Source of the DNA: a virus
IMG/VR virus record: IMGVR_UViG_3300037499_000265
Span: 1 to 64,000 of that record
Length of the DNA: 64,000 nt
Reading direction: 5' to 3' (one strand)
The notes below the pieces were generated by a model. The model saw only the letters and a program-made list of their open reading frames with translations. It was not told where the DNA came from and made no database searches. A program made the position numbers and the translations under genes. This document shows positions 17,045-25,699 of the stretch, one piece after another. The stretch's first letter is position 1. Every line of letters starts with the position of its first letter.

Positions 17045-17677
17045 TCATTGTCGCGGTCCGTGACGCCATACCTCGTCGGCATTCATCTCGTGGTCAGAGT
17101 AGTAGTCGCAGTCCGGGTGGCGGCAGTTCCCGCTGGCGTCGATGTCGTGGGCGTGTCTGATCGAGGTGGGAGGGGCGTAGACGGTGTCGTGGTACTTGGT
17201 CGGACAGTAGCCGCGGATGCGCCAATCCTCATCATGTTCGCGGACGTAGTCGGGATCTGGCGGGAACACCGGCCAGACACGCAGCACATCATCTTTGGCG
17301 ATGGTCTTCAAACCACTGGTAGATGCCTCGATCGTGAACTCGTCAGACTGGACAGTGATGATCTTTCCGTAATCCCGTCTAACCGAACCTTCCCAGCGAT
17401 AGTCGACACCGATCTTCTCACCGACCTTCAGGAGGGAGTCTAGGTTCTGCAACACGGTGGGTGTCGGCGTTGGCGCCCAGTTGTCGGCCGCCGACGTCGT
17501 CTCGCCGTGCATCATAGCCGCGGCGCACGGCTGGCACATCCACAGCCGGATCGGACGGTGACCTCCCACCGCGTCGCCCTCGGTCTCGAGCAGTTTGAAG
17601 GCGCCCTCACCGACCTTGTTCGGGCAGGTGAGGTTCGCGCAGTTCTCGGGTAGGTTCACCGGAGTGAGTTCGATCAT
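17045..17677 (-). CDS. hypothetical protein
   Basis: ORF chain. Confidence 0.6.
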   Translation of the reverse strand: MIELTPVNLPENCANLTCPNKVGEGAFKLLETEGDAVGGHRPIRLWMCQPCAAAMMHGETTSAADNWAPTPTPTVLQNLDSLLKVGEKIGVDYRWEGSVRRDYGKIITVQSDEFTIEASTSGLKTIAKDDVLRVWPVFPPDPDYVREHDEDWRIRGYCPTKYHDTVYAPPTSIRHAHDIDASGNCRHPDCDYYSDHEMNADEVWRHGPRQ

Positions 17678-17877
17678 GATGTCATCTCCATGATGTCGGG
17701 CGGGTCGTCAGTCGGTTCGATCTCGTCTCGGGTGTACCACCTGCGAGTCCGGTCGAAGACCCGGTGGCCACGACGATGTTCGACCAGGAACCTGCCGTAT
17801 CTGATCTTCTCGATCTGACCGACGTGGTTGCCCGGGACGATGACTCGGTCACCGACCATGAGTTCTTGATCAGACAT
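17674..17877 (-). CDS. SH3-like hypothetical protein
   Basis: MSDQELMVGDRVIV; ATG 17877. Confidence 0.55.
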   Translation of the reverse strand: MSDQELMVGDRVIVPGNHVGQIEKIRYGRFLVEHRRGHRVFDRTRRWYTRDEIEPTDDPPDIMEMTS

Positions 17878-18052
17878 ACTGTCGACGTTCCTCGGCCGCG
17901 ATGGCACGGTCCAGATCGTCGAGTGGTTGCCGTTCGGCATCGGTGACCTCGACGACTTCCGAACCCCAGATCGTCAGGTTGTCGATGGCGATCTCGATAT
18001 CGTCGGTGATGATGACGTCGCCGTCATCGTCGATGATCTTCCAGAGTCTCAT
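17870..18052 (-). CDS. hypothetical protein
   Basis: GGAAGG RBS, overlap chain. Confidence 0.55.
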   Translation of the reverse strand: MRLWKIIDDDGDVIITDDIEIAIDNLTIWGSEVVEVTDAERQPLDDLDRAIAAEERRQYV

Positions 18053-18582
18053 GGCCGTCCTTCCTCCAGTCTGGCGATTGCGTCGACGATCGTGGCGCTG
18101 GTCGGCAGAGCCTCTAGGTACGCCTTGATCCCGATCTTCAGCCCGTGAGCGGTGCCGAGACGAATCATGCTCGAGTCCTCGCCATCTTCCTCCCTGATGA
18201 CGAACCCGTGAGCATGCCCCAACCCGCTCGCACGCATGTCACGCATCATCACCAGGGTGTCTTCAACGGCCGCATGGGCCTTGGCCAACGGGGGAACGTC
18301 GGCCAACTCGTCCTCGGCGATCCGTGCCGCCGCTGGCACCGTTGTCGATGGTGCGGACTTGGTGAAAACGGTGCGTTGGATGTCATCGTCGTCCTTGACA
18401 ATGACCTTGAAGACGTTCTCGGCGAGCTGGACGTGGAAGATGACCTGACCGGTGATCACAGCAGCCCCGCAGAGGTCACGACGAGCAGAGCTAGGCTGCT
18501 GATGATCGCCACCTGTATCGTGACCAGCAGTGTCCGGTAGAACCAGACGATCGCTGTCGTGTTCAGAGTGTTCATCGCTCAC
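18049..18582 (-). CDS. hypothetical protein
   Basis: ORF chain. Confidence 0.6.
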   Translation of the reverse strand: MSDEHSEHDSDRLVLPDTAGHDTGGDHQQPSSARRDLCGAAVITGQVIFHVQLAENVFKVIVKDDDDIQRTVFTKSAPSTTVPAAARIAEDELADVPPLAKAHAAVEDTLVMMRDMRASGLGHAHGFVIREEDGEDSSMIRLGTAHGLKIGIKAYLEALPTSATIVDAIARLEEGRP

Positions 18583-18892
18583 CGTCCTTACGTCGTTCGT
18601 TCTTGTCGATCCACGGCCCGCGTTTGTCGCAGCGCAGCGAGCCGCAAGCGCATCGCTCGACGCGGGTGAACCAGTTCGTCCAGGCCCTGGTCTGCGCTTG
18701 GCATCGGTGAATGCGGTCAGGTAGTGGTGCGTCGTGCCATGCCACTCCGTCTAGATGGAAGACCTCGAGTCGACGGTCCTTGGAGCGGTACTTCAACTGC
18801 CAGCGACTCTCATCCGGCTCCGGTTCGGAACCAGGCGGTTTGGTGGAACGGCGGTCGAGAATGGCTTCGAGGATCTCGTCGATGAAATTCAT
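18572..18892 (-). CDS. conserved actinophage hypothetical protein
   Basis: HRCQAQTRAW...ERCACG. Confidence 0.65.
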   Translation of the reverse strand: MNFIDEILEAILDRRSTKPPGSEPEPDESRWQLKYRSKDRRLEVFHLDGVAWHDAPLPDRIHRCQAQTRAWTNWFTRVERCACGSLRCDKRGPWIDKNERRKDGER

Positions 18893-19290
18893 GACGATGC
18901 CTCGTGTTCTGACCTGGGCAGGTTGCAGAAGTCGACGTATTCGAAGTCGCCGGAGTCGTACGAGCAGTACCGGCCATCCGGCAAACCTTGATAAGGATGA
19001 TCAATCTTCAAACGGGGGGCCGCGTCATCGCTCGACTGAGGCTGCGTGATCTGTTCGAGCAGGTCGCGTCGTTCGCGGTCGAGCTGGGCGAGGTTGATGC
19101 CGAAGAACTCGGCGAGCAGAGCCTCGTTGGTCTTGCGGATCGGCACTAGCTGCGGGGCATCGTAATGATCGAACTTGACGTACTCACTGACCCAGTAGCC
19201 GTTCTCGCCCAACCAGTCGACGAAGTCGCCGATCGTCTGGTTGTCGCCGGACTTGACGACCTTGGTGAACTTCTCGAGTTCAGTGGTCAT
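18889..19290 (-). CDS. hypothetical protein
   Basis: AGGAGGTCCGACATG start. Confidence 0.7.
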   Translation of the reverse strand: MTTELEKFTKVVKSGDNQTIGDFVDWLGENGYWVSEYVKFDHYDAPQLVPIRKTNEALLAEFFGINLAQLDRERRDLLEQITQPQSSDDAAPRLKIDHPYQGLPDGRYCSYDSGDFEYVDFCNLPRSEHEASS

Positions 19291-19300
19291 GTCGGACCTC

Positions 19301-19423
19301 CTACGAGAAGAAGCTGTAAACGGCCATGCCGGCGAGAACGAGAAGTCCGCCGATAGCGATGGCGACGATAGTGCCCCACGAGTTGGGCTCGCACTCGGTC
19401 GCGGTTGTAATGATCATGTGCAT
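19301..19423 (-). CDS. small membrane protein (40 aa, not in ORF track)
   Basis: identical AGGAGGTCCGACATG start; one hydrophobic helix. Confidence 0.6.
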   Translation of the reverse strand: MHMIITTATECEPNSWGTIVAIAIGGLLVLAGMAVYSFFS

Positions 19424-19462
19424 GTCGGACCTCCTGTTCGTTCGGTGTCTATGTCGAGACCA

Positions 19463-19491
19463 ACAGTATCAGGCTTTGTGGTCAGTGTCTA
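19463..19491 (-). promoter_or_regulatory. sigma70/HrdB-type promoter
   Basis: TAGACA-N17-TACTGT. Confidence 0.7.
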
Positions 19492-19520
19492 CAGACTCCC
19501 CGACGATAGATGGGACATAT

Positions 19521-21311
19521 CTAGTCTTTTCTGTACACATCGCCCCAAGTAGGACCTCTACGGCCGACGTCGGCAAGGATCTGGATGGGACGAGCGTTCG
19601 GCATGTTCTCCGGCGCCCACTCGAACGACAGTGCCTCGATGACTGACTTCTCAACGTCCTCAACTACCTCAGTTGGGACAGATAGGACAATCTCGTCGTG
19701 GATGATGCCACGCAGGAACGGGTGCAGGATAGCTGGCAGCCGAAGCAGGCCCTCGCAGATCAGGTCCCGGGCGCAGCCCTGGCCCATCAGCGCTGGCCCT
19801 TGGGTATAGGCGCGCATCCGATCTGGGCGCATCTTCCGGCCGAACCCATTGTCCAGCAGCCGGCCGGACTCAGCGATCTCGGCCTGTTCGTTCTTCCAGA
19901 CGTTCAACCGGGGAAACTGCTCGCGCATCTGCCGGTAGAACTGATTCGCAGCTTTAGGATCAATTCCCATCTCAATGGCGTGTTTCATCCCGAGACCATA
20001 GTTGTAGCCGTGGTTCAGCGGCTTGACCTGCTCACGCATCTTCTCGGTACCGAACACCCGCTTGGCCACCTCGGCGTGCAGGTCCCGATCCGGTCCGAAC
20101 AGGTCCATGTAACCGCGGTCCTGGCTGAGCACGGCGACCGCTCTGGCGTCGACCTGGGACAGGTCGGCGGAGATGATGACGTGGCCGGGTTCGGGCAGGA
20201 AGATCTCACGTTCGATATGGCGTCCGCCTCGCTTGCCCATCACGGTCAGGCCGGGCTTGGTGAACGAGAGCCGTCCCGAGGCCTGACGTCCGGCGATATT
20301 GGGATGCACCCGCCAACCGACAGAATCTTGCACCATGTTGTTGGCGACGGTCTCGTACACCGTGCGCACGCCGTTGAGATCCTGGATGGTCTCGGCCAGC
20401 GCGGCGATCTCCTCCTGCTGAGCCGATGGCAGTCCGCCCTTGTCGGTGCCGTAGTGGGCGATCATCTTCTCCATCGCCTCTTTGCCGGTCGCCCAAGCAC
20501 CCTTCGGGGTCTTCGGCATGTACTTGGCGCCGATCGCCTCGAACGCTTTCCTGACCGCCAACCGACCGGCCTGGGTGTTCTGTGGCGCAGCCGAAGGCTG
20601 CCCGTCCTTGCGGGTGGTGGGCAGCCCGTACTCCGAGGTCAGGCGTTTCAGAATCTTCGCCCGCTTGGCCCGGCCGGCGTCGACTCGCTTGACGACCTCG
20701 TCACGATCCACTCGGAAGCCATTGAGCATGATCTGCGCGCAGATCGCGGCGATGTGGTGCTCGCGCAGCGCGTACGGCCAGAGCGAGCGGTTCTCGCCGC
20801 ACAGTCGGTCCGCTACTTCGTCGGTGAGTGCGACGTCCTGGTCGAGGTACGCCTGGAACCTCGGCTCCCACCGCGGGATCCCACCCCAGGATCCGTACTC
20901 GCGGACCAGCTGCTTGGACACGTCGACGTGCTTGCGCTCGCCGTTCAGACGGGTCGACACCGAATCGAGCGAGTAGTGCTTGTTGACCTGGCCGGCGTTC
21001 ATCCGCGCGGGCGGTGGATCGTCTAGGAAGGCGATCAGCATGGTGTCACGCAGCTTGCCTTGTTTGGCCAGCTCGACGAGGTTGTCCAGGCCGAAGTGCT
21101 TGGCGAGCACGAGGAAGTCGAAGCCCAGGGTGTTGTGCCCGCCGAGGGTGGCTCCGTACTGCAGGGCTCGGACGATCTCATGGCCGTCGGTGGTGATGTG
21201 CACACCCTCGCCGGTGGAGTAGCCCCCGACCCGGAAGAACTCCGGCCCCATCTGCCAGAGTTTGGACGAATCGTGTGTCTCTAGGTCAAAAGAGATATGT
21301 GGGCTGATCAT
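19521..21311 (-). CDS. polA: DNA polymerase, family A (3'-5' exonuclease + polymerase)
   Basis: FDLET, GHNTLGFDF, SADLSQVDAR (motif A), REQVKPLNHGYNYG (B), IIHDEIV (C); likely start ATG 21311. Confidence 0.92.
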   Translation of the reverse strand: MISPHISFDLETHDSSKLWQMGPEFFRVGGYSTGEGVHITTDGHEIVRALQYGATLGGHNTLGFDFLVLAKHFGLDNLVELAKQGKLRDTMLIAFLDDPPPARMNAGQVNKHYSLDSVSTRLNGERKHVDVSKQLVREYGSWGGIPRWEPRFQAYLDQDVALTDEVADRLCGENRSLWPYALREHHIAAICAQIMLNGFRVDRDEVVKRVDAGRAKRAKILKRLTSEYGLPTTRKDGQPSAAPQNTQAGRLAVRKAFEAIGAKYMPKTPKGAWATGKEAMEKMIAHYGTDKGGLPSAQQEEIAALAETIQDLNGVRTVYETVANNMVQDSVGWRVHPNIAGRQASGRLSFTKPGLTVMGKRGGRHIEREIFLPEPGHVIISADLSQVDARAVAVLSQDRGYMDLFGPDRDLHAEVAKRVFGTEKMREQVKPLNHGYNYGLGMKHAIEMGIDPKAANQFYRQMREQFPRLNVWKNEQAEIAESGRLLDNGFGRKMRPDRMRAYTQGPALMGQGCARDLICEGLLRLPAILHPFLRGIIHDEIVLSVPTEVVEDVEKSVIEALSFEWAPENMPNARPIQILADVGRRGPTWGDVYRKD

Positions 21312-21348
21312 CGGTACGGTAGCGAGGTAGCGGGAGTAGCGGCGTCCA

Positions 21349-22419
21349 TCAGTCCCCCTGGTTGGCGATGCGAAGCAAGATCGATGCGTGACAGGGAGCC
21401 GGAACGCACCAGCAGACCAGGTCTTTGCCGCGGAGTTCTTTCCTCGCTGCGGCGACCAGTTCACGCTGGGTCGGCAGCCACTCCTTGTAGCGTTCGATGC
21501 TGGTTCGCTTGGACTGTCCTCGCCACGGGTTCGACCACCTGGTTCCCGGCCCGACATAGACGGCGTCCAGCGGGACTTTGTCAAGCTGCTTGTTGAACAC
21601 CTTCGGAGGTCGATGAGGCTCGCTGCGCTCGCTCTCATCTGACCGTGCTCGCTCAACCTCTTCAACGACGACCGGAGTCTGTGACGTCGGAGTGATGCGG
21701 GTCATCAACGGGACGTTGCGATGCTCGACAGTCGGCGCATCCTCCGGCGCCAGGTCCTCATCGGAGGCTGCTATCTCCAGTAGGTTGTCCGCGTGGCAGG
21801 GGAGAGGGGCGCACCAGCACACCAGATCCTTGCCGCGCAGTTCGTTGCGGACCTTCTCGACGAGGTCGGGCTTGTTCAGCAGCCACTCCCGGTGCCGGGC
21901 GACGTTGATCTCTCTGGTCTGCCCGCGGAACGTGCTGTCCCACGGCGACGACCGGCCGACATAGACCGCTTCTTCCGGGATGTAGTCTCTGGACTTGTTC
22001 AGTACCTTCGGCGGGCGGTCTTCGCTGACACGCTCGATCTTCGGTCGTTCGACCAGTTTCTCGATGGGGTTCTGGGTGGTCGTGATGACCGGTCTGGCGA
22101 TCGGTTCCGCCGCGCGCTCGACGGTCGGCTTGTCCGGCTCGGCGATCGGTTCGTCGGAGTTGCTGACCTCTAGTAGGACGTCCGCGTGGCAGGGTAGCGG
22201 CGCACACCAGCACGTCAGGTCGTGGCCGCGGAGCTCACGACGGGCTCGTTCGACGAGGGCAGGCTGGTTCAAAAGCCAGGCACGGTAGCGTTGGATGTTC
22301 GTCGCGCGATTCGAACTGGAATAGGGATTGCCCCAAGGTGATCCGCGACCGACGTAGATTGCATCGCGGCCGATATGATCTTTAGTTCGGTTTAGCACCC
22401 GCGGAGCTTGATCGCTCAC
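21349..22419 (-). CDS. protein with three tandem DUF4326 domains
   Basis: 3x V(L/F)N...YVG.G(S/T).W...ELRG.DL.CWC.P.PCHA. Confidence 0.85.
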   Translation of the reverse strand: MSDQAPRVLNRTKDHIGRDAIYVGRGSPWGNPYSSSNRATNIQRYRAWLLNQPALVERARRELRGHDLTCWCAPLPCHADVLLEVSNSDEPIAEPDKPTVERAAEPIARPVITTTQNPIEKLVERPKIERVSEDRPPKVLNKSRDYIPEEAVYVGRSSPWDSTFRGQTREINVARHREWLLNKPDLVEKVRNELRGKDLVCWCAPLPCHADNLLEIAASDEDLAPEDAPTVEHRNVPLMTRITPTSQTPVVVEEVERARSDESERSEPHRPPKVFNKQLDKVPLDAVYVGPGTRWSNPWRGQSKRTSIERYKEWLPTQRELVAAARKELRGKDLVCWCVPAPCHASILLRIANQGD

Positions 22420-22463
22420 GATATACTCCAGACGCTTACATCGGATATGATACTGTCGATACT

Positions 22464-22958
22464 ATGGCATCCATCCCAACTAAGCAATCTGGCCAAACCT
22501 GTGCGTTTCCAGGCTGCAACAAGCCGACCCGTGCACGTGGGTTTTGCGTGGCTTGTTACTATCGCCAGCTCCGAGCTGGAGAGATAGTCTCGGGTACTCC
22601 GACAGAGCGGTTTAGGCACAGGCTGTCCGATATCGATTCTGAAGTTGGGACAGCTATATGTGCTGTCTGCGGTCCTACCAAGGTCTATCGAAGAAGCGGT
22701 GGGGGCAAGCAATTTCGATGTGGAACTGAGGCGAATGAGCGTTCGAAACTTTACAAGCGAGCATATAGAGCTAGTAGAAAAGTAGTGATGGGAGACGAAT
22801 GCGAAATTTGTGGTAATTCTGACAATCTTCGCTGGGACCATGATCACGCCACCGAAGAATATCGAGGAACGCTCTGCAATACGTGCAACCTAGGACTAGG
22901 TTCGTTTCGAGACGACCCAGAGCTGTTGATGAAAGCGGCTAAGTACCTACACAGGTAG
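22464..22958 (+). CDS. HNH homing endonuclease, endonuclease VII-like
   Basis: CEICG...WDHDHAT...RGTLCNTCNLGLG..RDD; opposite strand, AT-richer. Confidence 0.85.
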   Translation: MASIPTKQSGQTCAFPGCNKPTRARGFCVACYYRQLRAGEIVSGTPTERFRHRLSDIDSEVGTAICAVCGPTKVYRRSGGGKQFRCGTEANERSKLYKRAYRASRKVVMGDECEICGNSDNLRWDHDHATEEYRGTLCNTCNLGLGSFRDDPELLMKAAKYLHR

Positions 22959-22999
22959 ATCGAGTCGCGACCGACATGGTCCTTGGTCCGGTTCAGCAC
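22955..22999 (-). pseudogene. orphaned original 5' end of DUF4326 gene (VLNRTKDHVGRDSIY)
   Basis: 13/15 aa identical to the gene at 22419; 7 synonymous differences. Confidence 0.85.
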
Positions 23000-23178
23000 G
23001 CGTGGTTCTCGTCGTACCTCCACAGTGCGATCACCACCCTCCCGGTTATCGTCCATCCCAGCATGACGGTCCAGCGGCCCCACTCGTCCGAGCCATAACG
23101 GACAGGCCACAACGTGGACCAACCGTGCCAGTACCACTCGGGATGGTAGAGCCAGACTCTAGGTTTGCGTTCACTCAT
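22993..23178 (-). CDS. small Trp-rich hypothetical protein
   Basis: ORF chain. Confidence 0.6.
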   Translation of the reverse strand: MSERKPRVWLYHPEWYWHGWSTLWPVRYGSDEWGRWTVMLGWTITGRVVIALWRYDENHAC

Positions 23179-23179
23179 A

Positions 23180-23614
23180 TCAGTCCCACTCTGTCTCTTC
23201 GGCCTGGATCTCGGCCCTGATCTTCATCAGGATCCGCCCGAGTATGTTCTCACCGACACCGTTCACCGTGCCCCAGTACCTGTCGCCCCAAGTGTTGTCC
23301 TCTTCAAGGTGGGCGTCGCCGGTGGCGAGCAGCATCCGTCGCAGCTTCGGGACGGCAAACTTGTCCCGAACGCAGAGTTCCATGATCCCATTCTTCCGTT
23401 GCTCCCAATCCTCGCGTATCGCCACCTGTCGTCCGCGACGCTTGGCCTCGGTCGGGCTCGGCGCCGAGCGGACCCAGGTCGCTTCCTTCGAGGTCGCGGC
23501 CTTGATGCACTGGAACCGATGCTCGACGGTGGCGTGGTGCTCGCTGCCCGAGACCGGGTAGAAGTTGGACAGCCATCGGTACTTCCCGGAGAACGAGGTG
23601 ATCGCCTCGGTCAT
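23180..23614 (-). CDS. NADAR (YbiA-like) family protein
   Basis: LSNFYP...TVEHRFQ..K...KF...LLATG...EDNTWGDRYWG...GENILGRILMKIR. Confidence 0.9.
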   Translation of the reverse strand: MTEAITSFSGKYRWLSNFYPVSGSEHHATVEHRFQCIKAATSKEATWVRSAPSPTEAKRRGRQVAIREDWEQRKNGIMELCVRDKFAVPKLRRMLLATGDAHLEEDNTWGDRYWGTVNGVGENILGRILMKIRAEIQAEETEWD

Positions 23615-23904
23615 AGTGTCTCGAGCCTCAGCAGTCGATCGATCTCGGCGGCGATGAGCGCGCCGGCCTTGGCCAGCTCGCGGATCCGGTCGTCCGGCAA
23701 CGGCTTCCAGTCCGAGTGTCGCCACGGCCAGGTGACAGGCATGCCTCCCGGTGGTCGCCATCCACGCGGTGCCGCATAAGAGACTGCAGCGAGTGCCAGT
23801 TCGTCATTGTCGTGACGATCGTCATGCTCGCGGGTGTAGTGTTCCTGCCCGATCTGCCGAAAACGCTCTGCAGCGATCAGACCCGATCCAATCTCACTCC
23901 CCAT
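23611..23904 (-). CDS. conserved phage hypothetical protein
   Basis: ERFRQI...EHDD.H...ELA.AA..Y...WPW...RELAKAGALIAAEIDR. Confidence 0.75.
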   Translation of the reverse strand: MGSEIGSGLIAAERFRQIGQEHYTREHDDRHDNDELALAAVSYAAPRGWRPPGGMPVTWPWRHSDWKPLPDDRIRELAKAGALIAAEIDRLLRLETL

Positions 23905-24229
23905 CGGACAACTCCTCGACGCCGAGCAGGGAGAACACCACGTAGCCCTCCAGGTTGTGGCCAGGCCGGTAGGTCACGCCGAGACGTTGGTGCGACGTCG
24001 GGACGACGTGCAGTACATAGCCGATCTTCGCACCCAGCCAACGACCGGTGTACTGGGTGTCTTTCGAGGACAGCCCGAGTGTGAGTTTGTTCGGATCCCA
24101 CTCGCGGAGGACCACTCGGTCGCCGGCTTGGAACCCGCGGTCGTCGTAACGGACCTCGAAGTTCTTCCGTCCATCGATGATGGCCTGAAAGAAGTCCGGC
24201 CAGGTCTTCAGTTCGTGAGTGGCGCTCAT
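23894..24229 (-). CDS. ASCH/PUA-like (DUF3850) protein
   Basis: HELKTWPDFFQAIIDGRKNFEVRYDDRGFQAGDRVVLREW. Confidence 0.85.
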   Translation of the reverse strand: MSATHELKTWPDFFQAIIDGRKNFEVRYDDRGFQAGDRVVLREWDPNKLTLGLSSKDTQYTGRWLGAKIGYVLHVVPTSHQRLGVTYRPGHNLEGYVVFSLLGVEELSDGE

Positions 24230-24480
24230 GTCTCCTCCGGCGAGCAGTCGGTGGCGCAGCGTTCCGGTTCCGCTATCCACGCCTTACCCTTGGCGATGAC
24301 GTCCTGGAGGACCTCGTCCCAGGTCTCCTGGGTACCATCCTCATTCTGGTTGAACGGGTTGACGGTGTGCTCGATCGTCCTCTGCCGGCGCAGTTTCTTG
24401 CCGCAGACATGGCACGGCACGGTCTTGCGGAACGTCCTCCGTGGGCCGTCGTACCTGTGGGTGATCGTTCGAAAGCTCAT
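24226..24480 (-). CDS. CxxC hypothetical protein
   Basis: VPCHVCGK...IEHTVNPFN. Confidence 0.65.
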   Translation of the reverse strand: MSFRTITHRYDGPRRTFRKTVPCHVCGKKLRRQRTIEHTVNPFNQNEDGTQETWDEVLQDVIAKGKAWIAEPERCATDCSPEET

Positions 24481-24683
24481 CCGGTTGTCTCCATTCGCAG
24501 TACAGCGTGGGCAGGCAGCATGTTCCAGGTCATCGAGACCACCCAGAACGTCTTCGGGACACGACAGAAGTAGACCGGGTGTCCGTCACTGTTGACCCCG
24601 ATGTAGTCGGCCTGGACGGGGATCTTCTGGCCATCTGCGGCCTTGATCTCACCGAACAGTCTGCCGGGGGTGTCCTCGTTCAT
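24477..24683 (-). CDS. hypothetical protein
   Basis: first gene of leftward block. Confidence 0.55.
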   Translation of the reverse strand: MNEDTPGRLFGEIKAADGQKIPVQADYIGVNSDGHPVYFCRVPKTFWVVSMTWNMLPAHAVLRMETTG

Positions 24684-24711
24684 GGACACACACCCTACAC
24701 TCTGATACAGT
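24683..24711 (+). promoter_or_regulatory. sigma70/HrdB-type promoter
   Basis: TGGACA-N17-TACAGT at strand switch. Confidence 0.6.
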
Positions 24712-24748
24712 CTGTGTCGACACAGGCATCGACGAGAGGAGTCATCGA

Positions 24749-25207
24749 ATGAGCAAACCCCTTGGACGAGTGGTCGACAGGAGTTCCACCGTCCAAACCA
24801 CTGTCAAGATCATCGGCGACGTGGGCCGGCGAGCGTATCACGGCATGGAGACACTCAAGTATCGTCCGACAGAGATCGCCATACGGCACGTGAGGAAGTC
24901 TCTCACCGACGTCGACGACGCCGAGTCCTTCGTGGTCTATCTGATCGGCGAGGATGACCTCGGTGCTACCACTGAGGTGTTCACTGATGCTTCCTACGGC
25001 AAGATGAGGCTAGGCGACCTACCGCTGTGGGCGCTCGAGGTGCTGATCTCGGCCGGCGTCCGGATCCCGAAGTACGTCGTCAATCAGGTCCTAGACGGTG
25101 AGGTTCGATCGGCCTTCGACGGACACGAGTCCAAGCCGCAGTTGACACTCGTCGATGGAAACGACGACCTTCCTGACACCCCGTCCGACACCATCGACAA
25201 GGACTGA
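24749..25207 (+). CDS. hypothetical protein
   Basis: GAGGAG RBS. Confidence 0.7.
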   Translation: MSKPLGRVVDRSSTVQTTVKIIGDVGRRAYHGMETLKYRPTEIAIRHVRKSLTDVDDAESFVVYLIGEDDLGATTEVFTDASYGKMRLGDLPLWALEVLISAGVRIPKYVVNQVLDGEVRSAFDGHESKPQLTLVDGNDDLPDTPSDTIDKD

Positions 25208-25209
25208 TC

Positions 25210-25470
25210 ATGGCCGACATCACCGTCATCCCCACCAGTGAGATCACTTCGCACATCGCCGCGACGACGTTGTGGTTCTTCGGGTTCCGCACTCCGGCCG
25301 CCTACAAGCCGAGCGACTGGCGCGAAGGGCTGATCAGGCTGATCAGTATGTCCGACGAGGAGAATCAGGGCAAACTTGCGACCGTCTACCCCGGCGAGGT
25401 TGCCGCCGTCGCGCTGGCCAAGACATTCCTCGGCGGGATGGATGAGCTAGGTCGGATCGCAGCCCCATGA
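25210..25470 (+). CDS. hypothetical protein
   Basis: AAGGA RBS. Confidence 0.65.
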   Translation: MADITVIPTSEITSHIAATTLWFFGFRTPAAYKPSDWREGLIRLISMSDEENQGKLATVYPGEVAAVALAKTFLGGMDELGRIAAP

Positions 25471-25631
25471 GCGAACAGGACCACCGGATCATCATCTTCA
25501 CCGAAGTCGATTGGATTCAGGCCTGTACATGGGGCTGGATGTGTGCCGTCGACAAGGCTGAAGGCGTCGGCTTCGAGGACCGTGACGCCGCGGAGTCGGC
25601 ATCCCAGGAGCACGTACGGTGAATGTGTCTG

Positions 25632-25661
25632 TTGACATGCGGGGATGGACTCCGATACTGT
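25632..25661 (+). promoter_or_regulatory. sigma70/HrdB-type promoter
   Basis: TTGACA-N18-TACTGT. Confidence 0.75.
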
Positions 25662-25699
25662 CAGGGACGACACCTGATACAGAGAGGACGTGATATCTC

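Noticed and set aside
15384-21026. Long opposite-strand ORFs (15384..16481, 19698..21026; also 28797..29693, 34762..35610, 7976..9043)
   Set aside because: Antisense shadows of real GC3-rich genes, with no motifs or RBS.
21312-21665. N-terminal extension of polA in the ORF track
   Set aside because: Overlaps the DUF4326 gene in another frame; polymerase homology starts at MISPHISFDLET.
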